64,000 bases of DNA from a virus (Duplodnaviria > Caudoviricetes), in the IMG/VR virus record IMGVR_UViG_3300021387_001614, positions 64,001-128,000 of that record; one strand, 5' to 3'. Below the pieces are notes generated by a model, which saw only the letters and a list, made by a program, of their open reading frames with translations, was not told where the DNA came from and did not search any database. Positions 50,906 through 60,792 of the stretch are shown one piece after another (the stretch's first letter is position 1; every line of letters begins with the position of its first letter). Made by a program: the position numbers and the translations under genes.

Positions 50906-51674
50906 CATAACAGTAATTGTACCAATACATAAATATGACGATGAGGTTGCATCTCTTCTTGAGGATGCAGTAAATTCAGTGCCGAACGACATGAATGTTC
51001 GCTTATCGTGTCCTAAGTCCATTGAAAAAAGTCTTAATGAATGGTGTACGGGTAGAAAGAATGTGTCAGTTTTTTCTATCTCAGACGAAAGTGATTTTGC
51101 TACCTTAGTTAATCAGGCAATTGATGATACTGAGTATTTTTCTATACTTGAGTTTGATGATGAATATACTCCAACATGGTTTAACAATGTACAAAAGTAT
51201 ATCTCTGAACAACCCGAAACGAGTGTTTTTTTACCACTTGAGGATTTGGTTGACTATACAACTAAAGAATATATAGGATATGGCAACGAAGCACCTTGGG
51301 CATCTTCATTTTCTAATGAAATAGGTTTTATAGACCTCGATTGCTTACAAAATTTCTTTAATTTTTATATGACAGGTTCGGTATTTAATACAAAGGATTG
51401 GAAGAAAATCGGTGGACTTAAAAAATCAATTAAACTTACTTTTTGGTACGAATTCTTGCTTCGTATGACCAGTAAAGGTAAAAAAATTTTTGTGATACCA
51501 AAGGTGGGGTACGTTCACTATTTAAAGCGTAAAGGTTCGGTACTTGATGAATATATCAATACGATGGACGAAAAAGAAAGTGAGTTTTGGTACAATATAG
51601 CAAAACAAGAATATTTATTTAAAGATGATAGGGGCAAAACATATAATCCCGACAATAACAAAAAAGAAAATTAA
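50898..51674 (+). CDS. GT2-family glycosyltransferase
   Basis: ITVIVPIH, FSILEFDDEY, GGLK, YEFLLR, IPKVGY.H; start ATG 50898. Confidence 0.8.
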   Translation: MSNITVIVPIHKYDDEVASLLEDAVNSVPNDMNVRLSCPKSIEKSLNEWCTGRKNVSVFSISDESDFATLVNQAIDDTEYFSILEFDDEYTPTWFNNVQKYISEQPETSVFLPLEDLVDYTTKEYIGYGNEAPWASSFSNEIGFIDLDCLQNFFNFYMTGSVFNTKDWKKIGGLKKSIKLTFWYEFLLRMTSKGKKIFVIPKVGYVHYLKRKGSVLDEYINTMDEKESEFWYNIAKQEYLFKDDRGKTYNPDNNKKEN

Positions 51675-51692
51675 TCTTGCGTTAAGGATAGT

Positions 51693-51740
51693 AATGGATT
51701 CCTTGAGACATTCCCATTATGTTTCGGGAATCCATTTTTT
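51693..51740 (+). terminator. Long hairpin with U-tract immediately upstream of the sigma factor gene
   Basis: AATGGATTCCTTGAGACAT...ATGTTTCGGGAATCCATTTTTT. Confidence 0.75.
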
Positions 51741-51777
51741 CCGTCGCTAAAAATAATAAACACACGAACCATTAAAA

Positions 51778-52554
51778 ATGGCAAAGAGAGGACGTAAACC
51801 CGGTACAAAACGAAAAGGATATTTTTATGAAAAAGAGGAACAAGCAGTTGTAGATTACCTTAACACCACAGATGAGAAGGTAAAAAACGACATATATAAC
51901 AAATATCTTCATCCCGCGTTTTCGAAAATGGTGGAATCAATAATTAATAGATATAAATTATATCCGCCAGATGAAAGTTTTCAAGAAACGTTTGAAGATA
52001 CTATATCATTTTTAATGACTAAAATTGATAAATTTGATGCATCAAAGGGGTGTAAATCTTATTCATACTGTGGTACAATCTGTAAGAACTATTTAATACA
52101 TAAAATAGAGGCGATAAATAAAAACAAAAAAAGAATTGAAAACTATGATTGTATTAATGACAGCATTGCAGACAGTATTAAATTTTCTTATGGTAGTAGT
52201 AAGCAAAACAACTTTTTAAATAATTTAATGAATAGTACTATTAATGAAATAAAAAACACTATAGAAACCAAAGAAGAAAATAAACTGAGTAATAATGATA
52301 TAAAGGTAGGTTTAGCGTTAATAGAACTAATGACAAATTGGGAAGAAATGTTTGCTCAAATGGGTAGTAATAAATTTAATAAAAGTTCAATTCTTCTTTT
52401 TTTGAAAGAAACTACGTTATTATCGCCAAAAGAAATACGTGAAAGCATGAAAAAATATAAATGCGTGTATTATGCAATTAAGAAAGAACTTATCGAAGAT
52501 GACGAAAAAGTTTTTTCACAGATTAAATCAACTGAAGAAAATGGCGAAATTTAA
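51778..52554 (+). CDS. Phage late-transcription sigma factor (gp55-like)
   Basis: YF....EQAVVDY, F.KMVESIINRY, KFD..KG.KSYSY.GTI.KNYL resembles sigma region 2. Confidence 0.7.
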   Translation: MAKRGRKPGTKRKGYFYEKEEQAVVDYLNTTDEKVKNDIYNKYLHPAFSKMVESIINRYKLYPPDESFQETFEDTISFLMTKIDKFDASKGCKSYSYCGTICKNYLIHKIEAINKNKKRIENYDCINDSIADSIKFSYGSSKQNNFLNNLMNSTINEIKNTIETKEENKLSNNDIKVGLALIELMTNWEEMFAQMGSNKFNKSSILLFLKETTLLSPKEIRESMKKYKCVYYAIKKELIEDDEKVFSQIKSTEENGEI

Positions 52555-52945
52555 AATTATACTAAACGATGAACAAAATGTAAGGGATTTGCTTCAAAAT
52601 GCTTATAACCTTGCTGATGAACAACTTGTACAAGCACAAAATGAAATGGATAAACTTGCCAATTCAACTAAACTTGAACAAGAAGTCATGGACTCAAAAC
52701 AAAAATATTCGAAGGCGATGAATGATTATCTTTCGATAAAAGATAAAGCAATAAGTAAAAAAATAGAAATTGCTAAACTTTTATCTGAGATTATATCTCG
52801 TGTATCAGCAGGTAAAAACAATTCTGTTGGCGGCTCGGCTACGAATGGCAAGGGTTTTGATTTTAGCGAAATCAAAAAACTCGTAGATTCATCACTTACA
52901 GAAGATAATGAGACAACTAAAAAAATAGAACTAACCAAAAAATAA
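52541..52945 (+). CDS. Coiled-coil hypothetical protein
   Basis: Start reassigned to ATG 52541 (MAKFKII). Confidence 0.7.
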   Translation: MAKFKIILNDEQNVRDLLQNAYNLADEQLVQAQNEMDKLANSTKLEQEVMDSKQKYSKAMNDYLSIKDKAISKKIEIAKLLSEIISRVSAGKNNSVGGSATNGKGFDFSEIKKLVDSSLTEDNETTKKIELTKK

Positions 52946-52948
52946 AAA

Positions 52949-55777
52949 ATGACAGCATCGGGAACAACATCGAACGAAACCAACGCTAGATATAGCAATG
53001 TTTATGATACGTCAACCACACCGAAAAGTTTAGAAATAAAAAGAATAAACGGTGGGGCACAAGAACCCGTGTCTAATGTTAATCCCCCTAAAAAATTATC
53101 GCAATCAATAAAGGAGGGGCAAATTAAAATGTTTGCTACAATTAATGCTGCAAACACTATATTAGAAAAATTACCATCTTTTATTGATGCGGGTTATGAT
53201 ATTATATCAGCAAATCAATTTTCATTTTCGGCAAGTCCATTGGGGCTTTTAATTAAGTTACTTTACCTTTTTGGCGTTACCGATAAACAGATTGTAGATT
53301 GGTTGGTTGATTTTATGGTGAATGTTCTACCTTATGCAGAGATGGGGTTAAAAGCAGCGCTTCTTGCAAATATTAAAGAGATTGTTTCTTGTTCTGCTGA
53401 CCCAAGAATCCCAAAAAGGCTTAGGAAGAAAATAGGTTCTTATTATTATGAAACGGGTATTTCAGCAGAATCTGATGAAAGAGGATTGATAATTCCTGTA
53501 GATTCAATTGACCCGAAGGGAATATTGGGAAAATCGCCATACAATACAGAAAGCATGCTTTATTATTTTGGTGTGATGAGTGGTAAAGTCATGCAAAATA
53601 AACTACTTGAAGAAAACCTTAATGATTTTGTAGTATCAGCCAAATTACCGGTTTATAAGTTAGTTAGAGCAGATGATTTTAACGCTTTTTTGTGGTTTGT
53701 GATACACAAAGGAAGATTTTCATCACCAAGTAATGTCGTTATTAATAAAGAAGATGGCACTATAATTGTTAACAATGACACTTATAACATTGATAAAACA
53801 AAGGGTGGTGACACAATTCTTTCAAAAATGGTTGTTAATCCTGTTTATCCCGGTGAGGGCGTTAAAAAGGATAAAATGCCGTTAGGTCAAACTTTCACCG
53901 TAGATAATTCGCCTAATATAATTTCAATGTGTTTTCACAAAGATGTTGGGTATGAAGAAGATGGCTCGGAATATACAACAAGCGACACTCTATTACCCGT
54001 ATCTAACGATTGGGTGAGTGTAAATTGGTACGCAGATAGGAGAAATTATTATGCTAGAAATTTAGGGCTAACTGATAAATTTGGCACTGATTTTAATTCA
54101 CGTGACTTTAGTAACGAACGTGGTATTTGTAACCTTCAATATCTTACGCCAATAGAAAATGGGAACTATGTGGGTGAAACAACGCAAAATTTAAAATTTA
54201 CCATTTTACCTAAGCCATATGTTGTTTTAGACCTTGATTATATTGGTAGAATACTTTTTAATGAAGAAGGCGAAGCCGATAGTAACGGAAGATTTTCTTT
54301 ACCGACAGATAAATTAACATCATCGGGTACGGCATATGTACGTAATGAAAATTTAAAAATATCAAGCGAAAACCTTATAGATTACGTTAATGCAAACGCG
54401 GCAGAATTAGAAAGCGAATGGAAAACCGTATATGATAGCGTTGCAGGTGGCGATGTAAGCGTATTAAGTAATAAAAACAGTATGACACTTAATGTTCTTG
54501 CTCAGATAATATCTAAGGCGACCATTATAAAGGATAATACGGATGTTATAGATGAGCGTGCAAAGGTGTTAAGTGTTATCGTGGAAGAACAAAATAAGAG
54601 AATTAAGGAAGAATTAAGGGAAAGCGGTCAAGACGAATTAATATTTAACGTGGGCGAGGATGCAGATGATTGTGTTCTTCACGTTAATGTTTCTAATGGA
54701 AGTTATTATTTGTCAGATTCACAAGGAAACAAAAACAAGGATTTTACAAAGCATCTTGTAGAATGTTATAATGGATTAACGGTGTATGAGTTTAATTATG
54801 ATTATATAATGAGTCAACGCCTTTTTAATCCGGCGACAGTATGCTATCAATTACTTTCAAACATATCAAACGGTGCTGATAGAAGTACGTTCACAGTAGG
54901 AATTAATCTTAATAAAGATGATAATGACTATACTTTCGGCTATTCATCACAACGTATAACGGAAATAGTTAAAAATATTATCAATTCTGATGAAGAAGAA
55001 CTTTCTGATTGTTTTTATAAATTTTCTAACGCTGATTTTGCTGCAATGTTAGAAGAATCAGAGAGAAAACGTTTTAATAGGTTAGCATACACCAATAATT
55101 TCGGAAATGTTAATTTAACCGAGGCAAATGCGATATTATCAACACTTTCTATGGATATGAGTAGAGAGGAATGGACTCTAATTTTAAATAGGGCTATAGA
55201 GACTACAATGGCAAGTGTTGTTAATGAAAATAATGTTGCGCTTCAAGATGAGGGAACTGTTCGACTTGATTTTGCTACAAACATGCTAAGTCAATTAGCG
55301 GCAATATTAATCGACTCTATTTTATCACCAAAAGTTCTTTTGCTTATTGCAGTTAATAAAGCATTGGTTGGCAATTCTACAAGGACAATAAATGCAGAGG
55401 ATTTACTTAACGCCATGAAAGGTGTTGTTGTTGGACTTGTAAGGGAGGTTAGAGATTTGGTACTCCAAAAATTGCTTGATTATTTATTGTCATTACTAAT
55501 GCCGATTGTTGCGGAACTTGCAGCAAAAATAGAATTAGAACAATATCAGTCATATATGGCACTTTTGCGAAGTTTGTTGTCATTAATAAGTGACACAGCA
55601 TCAATAGGAATGGAAATAACATCAACTATTAAAACCATCCTTAATAAATATGGTGCTCATAATAGCAAACGAAGCGATATTGATTTACCAACGGTATTAG
55701 ATAATGTAACATATGCAGACATAACACCGGAAGATGCTGCAAATAATGAAAATAATAATGAACCAAGTATTTGTTAA
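52949..55777 (+). CDS. Large hypothetical protein, probably baseplate-associated
   Basis: 942 aa; lies upstream of spike-like genes. Confidence 0.6.
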   Translation: MTASGTTSNETNARYSNVYDTSTTPKSLEIKRINGGAQEPVSNVNPPKKLSQSIKEGQIKMFATINAANTILEKLPSFIDAGYDIISANQFSFSASPLGLLIKLLYLFGVTDKQIVDWLVDFMVNVLPYAEMGLKAALLANIKEIVSCSADPRIPKRLRKKIGSYYYETGISAESDERGLIIPVDSIDPKGILGKSPYNTESMLYYFGVMSGKVMQNKLLEENLNDFVVSAKLPVYKLVRADDFNAFLWFVIHKGRFSSPSNVVINKEDGTIIVNNDTYNIDKTKGGDTILSKMVVNPVYPGEGVKKDKMPLGQTFTVDNSPNIISMCFHKDVGYEEDGSEYTTSDTLLPVSNDWVSVNWYADRRNYYARNLGLTDKFGTDFNSRDFSNERGICNLQYLTPIENGNYVGETTQNLKFTILPKPYVVLDLDYIGRILFNEEGEADSNGRFSLPTDKLTSSGTAYVRNENLKISSENLIDYVNANAAELESEWKTVYDSVAGGDVSVLSNKNSMTLNVLAQIISKATIIKDNTDVIDERAKVLSVIVEEQNKRIKEELRESGQDELIFNVGEDADDCVLHVNVSNGSYYLSDSQGNKNKDFTKHLVECYNGLTVYEFNYDYIMSQRLFNPATVCYQLLSNISNGADRSTFTVGINLNKDDNDYTFGYSSQRITEIVKNIINSDEEELSDCFYKFSNADFAAMLEESERKRFNRLAYTNNFGNVNLTEANAILSTLSMDMSREEWTLILNRAIETTMASVVNENNVALQDEGTVRLDFATNMLSQLAAILIDSILSPKVLLLIAVNKALVGNSTRTINAEDLLNAMKGVVVGLVREVRDLVLQKLLDYLLSLLMPIVAELAAKIELEQYQSYMALLRSLLSLISDTASIGMEITSTIKTILNKYGAHNSKRSDIDLPTVLDNVTYADITPEDAANNENNNEPSIC

Positions 55778-55815
55778 AGAAAAAAATAAAAAAAAATATT
55801 TAAAAAAAAATGGAG

Positions 55816-55858
55816 CGGCGATTCCTCCCACCGCTAAAGCGTGTGGGTTTCCTCGCCG
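55816..55858. repeat. GC-rich hairpin resembling an IS200/IS605-family end sequence (orphan)
   Basis: CGGCGATTCCTCCCACCGCTAAAGCGTGTGGGTTTCCTCGCCG with nested inverted repeats; no tnpA/tnpB nearby. Confidence 0.55.
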
Positions 55859-55866
55859 AAATTTAT

Positions 55867-56259
55867 ATGAATATATCATCAATAGTTTCTGCTATTTCAA
55901 AATTGTTTAGTACGGTCAGGAAACCTGCACCCGAAGTTCCTACTCCGCTGATTTCTCTTGGCGGTACGATGAGACCGGGACTTTCTACGGCATCATCAAG
56001 CGCTAAAATTATAGTAAAATTAGCAGAACGTGGCATTCCAACAGACCCATGTCCTGATGGAACACAAAATCTTACAAACGCAATGGTCGCGGAAATAGTT
56101 AATGAAATATTCAGGGCACTCCGTGAAGACGCAAAAATAGAAATATCAATTGCACCGGGTGGCGCCATTGTGGAAACAAATGGTGCTAACGGTGGCGGGC
56201 CTTTGGTTGGAATCGGTGGAAATATTAATTTTGTTAAAGGTATGGGGGTTATACAATGA
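55867..56259 (+). CDS. Putative baseplate spike-tip-associated protein
   Basis: RPGLS, GIPT, G.NGGGP.V..G; start reassigned to ATG 55867. Confidence 0.55.
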   Translation: MNISSIVSAISKLFSTVRKPAPEVPTPLISLGGTMRPGLSTASSSAKIIVKLAERGIPTDPCPDGTQNLTNAMVAEIVNEIFRALREDAKIEISIAPGGAIVETNGANGGGPLVGIGGNINFVKGMGVIQ

Positions 56260-56438
56260 AGAAATATGATAGTTACACAAATGCCGAACTTAATATTGAG
56301 ATGAAAAAACTCGAAGAAAATTATGAAATATCAAAAATAAAGGTATTAAAATTAATTGACGAGATGAAATCAATGGACGAAGCATATGTGACAATAAAAA
56401 AAGAAATTGAAAAACGCAAGGGAGGACTTTTTAAATGA
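56256..56438 (+). CDS. Small coiled-coil protein
   Basis: 60 aa, ATGA-coupled on both sides. Confidence 0.65.
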   Translation: MKKYDSYTNAELNIEMKKLEENYEISKIKVLKLIDEMKSMDEAYVTIKKEIEKRKGGLFK

Positions 56439-57340
56439 ACAAAATAAATATTATCAAAATAGCGCAAGTAGAGGACGTAAAGGATGATGCTGACGGTTTA
56501 AGAATAAAGGCGAGATTGCCACAAGAAAAAGGACAAGTCAGTGAGTTGCCATATGCGTTTCCACTTTTACCAAAGACATTTCAAAGTGTGCCGAAGGTGG
56601 GTGAGGGTGTTATTATATTAACAATGGAATCTGATAATAAAGAAAGTGACAGATTTTATATTGGTCCGATAATATCACAGCCACAGTTTCAGGAGAAGTG
56701 TACACATTCTTATGGCCGAGGTGCAAGCATGTCACTTTTAAATGAAAGGTCAGTTAAACCCGAAGAAAAAATCAGTAACCATGCCGAAACTGTGGGTGCA
56801 TTTCCTGCTGTTGCTGACGTTGCTGTTGTGGGGCGGCAAGGGCAAGACATAACTTTAAGACAAACACCCGGAAGGGAGGAAGAAGAGATTGATATAAGAT
56901 GTGGCATAAGAAAACAAGCCACCGCACCGCTTATAGGAAAAGTTATTTTTAACAATGTTGACCCTGCATATATTCAGTTAAAATATGGCGTAAATATCGC
57001 ATCAGGTGTTGATAAAAACGGTGTACCCGTAGATGCTAACAGCGTGGTAAATATTGCTGCTGACAGAATTAATATTATAAGCACAAAGGATTTATCACTA
57101 AACAGTGAAGTTACTAACCCCGAAAATCTTATACCTGACCTTGCACAAACAATGAATGATTTACACCAAGTACCACTTGGTGATAGACTTGTTGATTTTT
57201 TAAATAAATTCGTTACTGCATTTTTGAATCATGTGCATAACCATAATTTAAAAGAGCCATCAGACGGCACTTTAGGTTATCAGGATTTAAAAAACTATCA
57301 GATAGATAAAATTTTATCTGAGTATGTAAGAATATCATAA
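56435..57340 (+). CDS. Baseplate central spike protein (gp5/gpV-like OB fold)
   Basis: V.D..D..RIKAR, FPLLP....VPKVGE.V, RFYIGP, C-terminal H.H.H. Confidence 0.7.
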   Translation: MNKINIIKIAQVEDVKDDADGLRIKARLPQEKGQVSELPYAFPLLPKTFQSVPKVGEGVIILTMESDNKESDRFYIGPIISQPQFQEKCTHSYGRGASMSLLNERSVKPEEKISNHAETVGAFPAVADVAVVGRQGQDITLRQTPGREEEEIDIRCGIRKQATAPLIGKVIFNNVDPAYIQLKYGVNIASGVDKNGVPVDANSVVNIAADRINIISTKDLSLNSEVTNPENLIPDLAQTMNDLHQVPLGDRLVDFLNKFVTAFLNHVHNHNLKEPSDGTLGYQDLKNYQIDKILSEYVRIS

Positions 57341-57375
57341 AAAAAATGGGCAACCGTGATTGGCTGCTCATTTTT
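57341..57375. terminator. Bidirectional intrinsic terminator
   Basis: AAAAATGGGCAACC...GGCTGCTCATTTTT. Confidence 0.8.
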
Positions 57376-57415
57376 ACATTCTATGTTATTGCCAAAATTT
57401 TTAGAAAAAACAAAA

Positions 57416-58573
57416 TTATCTAACCAAAAAGTTAAACGGCATCGGTTTGTTTTGTAAAACCTTAATGAGACTGTCAGTGAGGTCTGCTTGGTTTTTCATT
57501 AAGTTCCATGGAAGCATCCTATCAAGACGTTCTTTCAACTCAGTTAAAACGCGGTCTTTTTCTTGTTTTCCTTGGTCGAGAAGCATGTTGTAGTCCATCT
57601 GCATCTCTGCTTCAGGAATTTTAACAGCACCGCTATATGTTCCTCGAATAATACCTAACGTTATCATCGCCTCAGCGACAAGCAACTGTCGTATTGTCTG
57701 CTGTGTGGGTTCATTCATGAGTTCATAACGCATCTTATTCAGTGGAACTTGGTCGGGCGTTATTAAGACATCATCTTTATTATCAATAAGACATTGCGTG
57801 AGTTCATCGTCATTCTTACCCGTTATGTCGTAATATGTATACCAAACGTAACAATTCGCATATCTGTTCCATCCCCACGTATCATCGGCAGCAATACCAC
57901 CAACCATATTTGGCGAACCGGGAACGCTTAAAAGGTGAACCAAATGAGTACCCTCTGGTCCGGCTGTCACTTGATATGCTAAGTCACCCCTTAAAAGTGA
58001 ATTTTTATATTTAAGGTCAGCTGCCATAAGGCTTGTATCATATGCAGAACCAACATAAAATCCCGTTATGCCCATACCGTTTCCCATATTTCCATATTGT
58101 CCAAAACCACCACCGATACCCGTATCGAGTGTTCCAAGGTTACCGTATAATGCAGCCTTAGTTGTTGATGGTGTGACATAAAGTACTTTATTTATTTCAC
58201 GCCCTGCTGGAATAATGTAAACTTGTTTTCCGCGTTCTACCTTAAAGAAATCCTTTTTCAACTCCCACGGACCCCTTTGTTGTAAACCCACCTCACGGCT
58301 AAACCAATAAGAGAAATCTCTACTCCAATCAAGTGACCTTGTTGTGAGCGCATAAGCAAGTTCTGACGGGTTGGTTATTAGTTTATTGTTACCCATCATA
58401 TTAAGCCATTGGGACTCAATCACCCAATTTTGAACATACGATGCATAATCACCCACAGCAACTTCCAATAATGCACAGAGTTGGTCATCCTCTAACTGAA
58501 CTACTCTAATTGGCGCACCAAGTTTGGTTCTTACTATCTTAAATAAATCTTTTAATTCATCACTTAGTATCAT
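57416..58573 (-). CDS. Neck / head-tail adaptor protein (gp13-like)
   Basis: LGAPIR.VQLEDDQL, LG.IRG.YSG.V.IP.......Y..L...G..EK..L..EL; late motif 58591-58598. Confidence 0.7.
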   Translation of the reverse strand: MILSDELKDLFKIVRTKLGAPIRVVQLEDDQLCALLEVAVGDYASYVQNWVIESQWLNMMGNNKLITNPSELAYALTTRSLDWSRDFSYWFSREVGLQQRGPWELKKDFFKVERGKQVYIIPAGREINKVLYVTPSTTKAALYGNLGTLDTGIGGGFGQYGNMGNGMGITGFYVGSAYDTSLMAADLKYKNSLLRGDLAYQVTAGPEGTHLVHLLSVPGSPNMVGGIAADDTWGWNRYANCYVWYTYYDITGKNDDELTQCLIDNKDDVLITPDQVPLNKMRYELMNEPTQQTIRQLLVAEAMITLGIIRGTYSGAVKIPEAEMQMDYNMLLDQGKQEKDRVLTELKERLDRMLPWNLMKNQADLTDSLIKVLQNKPMPFNFLVR

Positions 58574-58577
58574 ACCA

Positions 58578-58682
58578 AAAATACTTTTCTTATAAATATC
58601 GGAAATAGTAAATATATGTTGTTAAGTTTTTTTAACAGAAAATATTTGGTGTTTTAAAACTTTTTTTGTACCTTTGCCATTG
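58578..58682. repeat. 105-bp bidirectional promoter cassette, copy 2
   Basis: Matches 4253..4357; TTTG 58645-58648, TACCTTTG 58669-58676; TGTTAA-N6-TTAACA palindrome. Confidence 0.9.
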
Positions 58683-58714
58683 AACTTAAAAAATATATTT
58701 TATCTAAAAAAATT

Positions 58715-58969
58715 ATGTGCGAATTTTATATGGAAGAACCTTCTTCATCTATTGACCGTGATGAAGTATTTGATGAACTCTCAGAGAGAATCACAAACAA
58801 TTGGGATATAACCATCGAATGGGAAACCTATGAACAAAAAATATATGAAGCAATTGATAAAACAATTACCTCATATACGAAAGATGGCAATCTCTATATT
58901 GAAGATTGGGACATGTGGGACCAAGACCTTTATAATAATGCGGTAGAAGCACTTGGATTATACGATTAG
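58715..58969 (+). CDS. Small acidic early-type protein
   Basis: 84 aa, Asp/Glu/Trp-rich, behind the cassette promoter. Confidence 0.75.
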   Translation: MCEFYMEEPSSSIDRDEVFDELSERITNNWDITIEWETYEQKIYEAIDKTITSYTKDGNLYIEDWDMWDQDLYNNAVEALGLYD

Positions 58970-60783
58970 AAGCCAGATGCACTATAAGCATTAACTAGAC
59001 ACATGATGTTATTACTACTTTGTTCGGGTAATTTTTCCTCTAATGCATCTATCACAATTTTAAGAGTTGCCCCACTATTTATGTCCTCATCAAATATTAA
59101 GAATTTTGCGTTTCTATAACGTTTCAATAATTCTCCATTATTCATGTAGTCATCGGCAACAATATATAAATTTGATAAAAATGGTCTGAATTGCTTCTTA
59201 AATGCCGTTATTTTGAACCGTTTGGTATTGAATCTCAATTTATAGCCTCTTTGTTTAAGCATATCAGAATATTGTTCTATTAATTCTTTTGTTTGCATCA
59301 ATACTTGGTTAAACACTTTTTGCCCTATTTTTCTTTTAATTCTTAGAGACACTTCATTAAAAATGTGCGATGAATTATATCTTTTTTGATAAAGTTTATT
59401 CTGATTGGACAGGAAATTTTTACAAAGGTGCTCAGAAACAGAGTCGTTATCAAGACTATTAACAATTGTTTTATATGCATAAATCATCGTACAGTTAAAA
59501 ACATCTTTCATACTTGTTTTTTCACGACTATGTTTCTGAAGTGATATGTTATTAAAAATTGTTTCATATTGTTTTAGAAAATTACGTATCGGCTCAGATA
59601 CATAATATGCAATTTCGTTATAAGCGATATTCTTAGCTTGGCTCTCGAATTCCATAACGTCTTTTGGAGAAAAGCCTTTAGATAATAAATCTTCTCCATC
59701 AGCATATCTTACGTTTATAACATTTCTTTTAAAAAAGTCGCTAATATATGGAATGCCCAATTTATTACTTAAATTCGTACAATAATATTGGTTAAATTTA
59801 GATGATGAAGGGGCTGATACTATCACGTCTGGTGAGAACTTTTCTTGCCTTAATGCATATGCTGCATAATTAACTGATTTGTCGAGGAATTGAGAAACAG
59901 ACGAATACCCCCCTTCTCCATTTAAGCCAAATTGTTGCTTATAATGTTTATCCCGTACATTATTTAAAGAGAAATTTTGAGCAATGTTAGGTTTTATATT
60001 ACCGTCATATGTTACGTCAATCGTGGCTAAATTACCATTAGCGTCAACACGTCTGTCTTTTTCACCTATGCCAAGTATTTGGTCTGTGTTTCCATTTTGA
60101 CGAACAGTTCCATGTTTAATTGCATCACTAAAATTAAAATCGGTCATTGAGAATAACGATATGTATTTAACATTAGTAGAAGGTACAATACCGGTTAAAT
60201 ACCTTGCTACGTTGTCATTGTTATCCGATTGTGATACACGATTATATGTCATAAATGTTTGTGTTGCCTCAGACGAAATACGATTCAATGTCTTCTTACA
60301 TGCGTCTATAATTTTATTATCAGAGTCGCCCCTATCAAACCATTTCTTCACACTATTCAGTGTAATAGTGTCAAGACCCGGAACTTCTTCTATTGTGCCT
60401 TTACGCCCATTTTGAATATATTGTATTACATTCTGATAAAACTGGATGGCTGCTTGCTTTGATTTATAATTCTGCTCTAATGATTTTGAATTTCCACTTT
60501 CGTTACCATTTTTAGTAAGTATTTTTCCTTTTAGAATATCATCTTTAGTACCAAATACCCTAGTATCAACACTATTTTTACCTTTATTTGAGTTGTTATC
60601 TTTTTTCTGATTTATTGAAAAGTTAATACTACCGTTATCGTTTTTAGACCAATCAACACCTTCATTGATTATATCTAACCAATCAATGATTGCTGTGTTA
60701 TTGCCTTTATTAATGGTGTTTTCAGCATCTTCCTTAATAATTGCAAGTCTTTTAAATTGTTCCTCTTTTAAATTAATTCTCAT
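58966..60783 (-). CDS. Tagged protein with a phosphoribosyltransferase-like domain
   Basis: MRINLKEEQFKRLAIIKE tag variant; DVIVSAPSSSKFN and FLIFDEDINSGATL (PRPP-loop-like). Confidence 0.7.
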   Translation of the reverse strand: MRINLKEEQFKRLAIIKEDAENTINKGNNTAIIDWLDIINEGVDWSKNDNGSINFSINQKKDNNSNKGKNSVDTRVFGTKDDILKGKILTKNGNESGNSKSLEQNYKSKQAAIQFYQNVIQYIQNGRKGTIEEVPGLDTITLNSVKKWFDRGDSDNKIIDACKKTLNRISSEATQTFMTYNRVSQSDNNDNVARYLTGIVPSTNVKYISLFSMTDFNFSDAIKHGTVRQNGNTDQILGIGEKDRRVDANGNLATIDVTYDGNIKPNIAQNFSLNNVRDKHYKQQFGLNGEGGYSSVSQFLDKSVNYAAYALRQEKFSPDVIVSAPSSSKFNQYYCTNLSNKLGIPYISDFFKRNVINVRYADGEDLLSKGFSPKDVMEFESQAKNIAYNEIAYYVSEPIRNFLKQYETIFNNISLQKHSREKTSMKDVFNCTMIYAYKTIVNSLDNDSVSEHLCKNFLSNQNKLYQKRYNSSHIFNEVSLRIKRKIGQKVFNQVLMQTKELIEQYSDMLKQRGYKLRFNTKRFKITAFKKQFRPFLSNLYIVADDYMNNGELLKRYRNAKFLIFDEDINSGATLKIVIDALEEKLPEQSSNNIMCLVNAYSASGF

Positions 60784-60792
60784 AACGCTTTT

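Noticed and set aside
55810-55866. N-terminal extension MERRFLPPLKRVGFLAEIY
   Set aside because: It is a translation of the GC-rich hairpin; ATG 55867 is the more plausible start.
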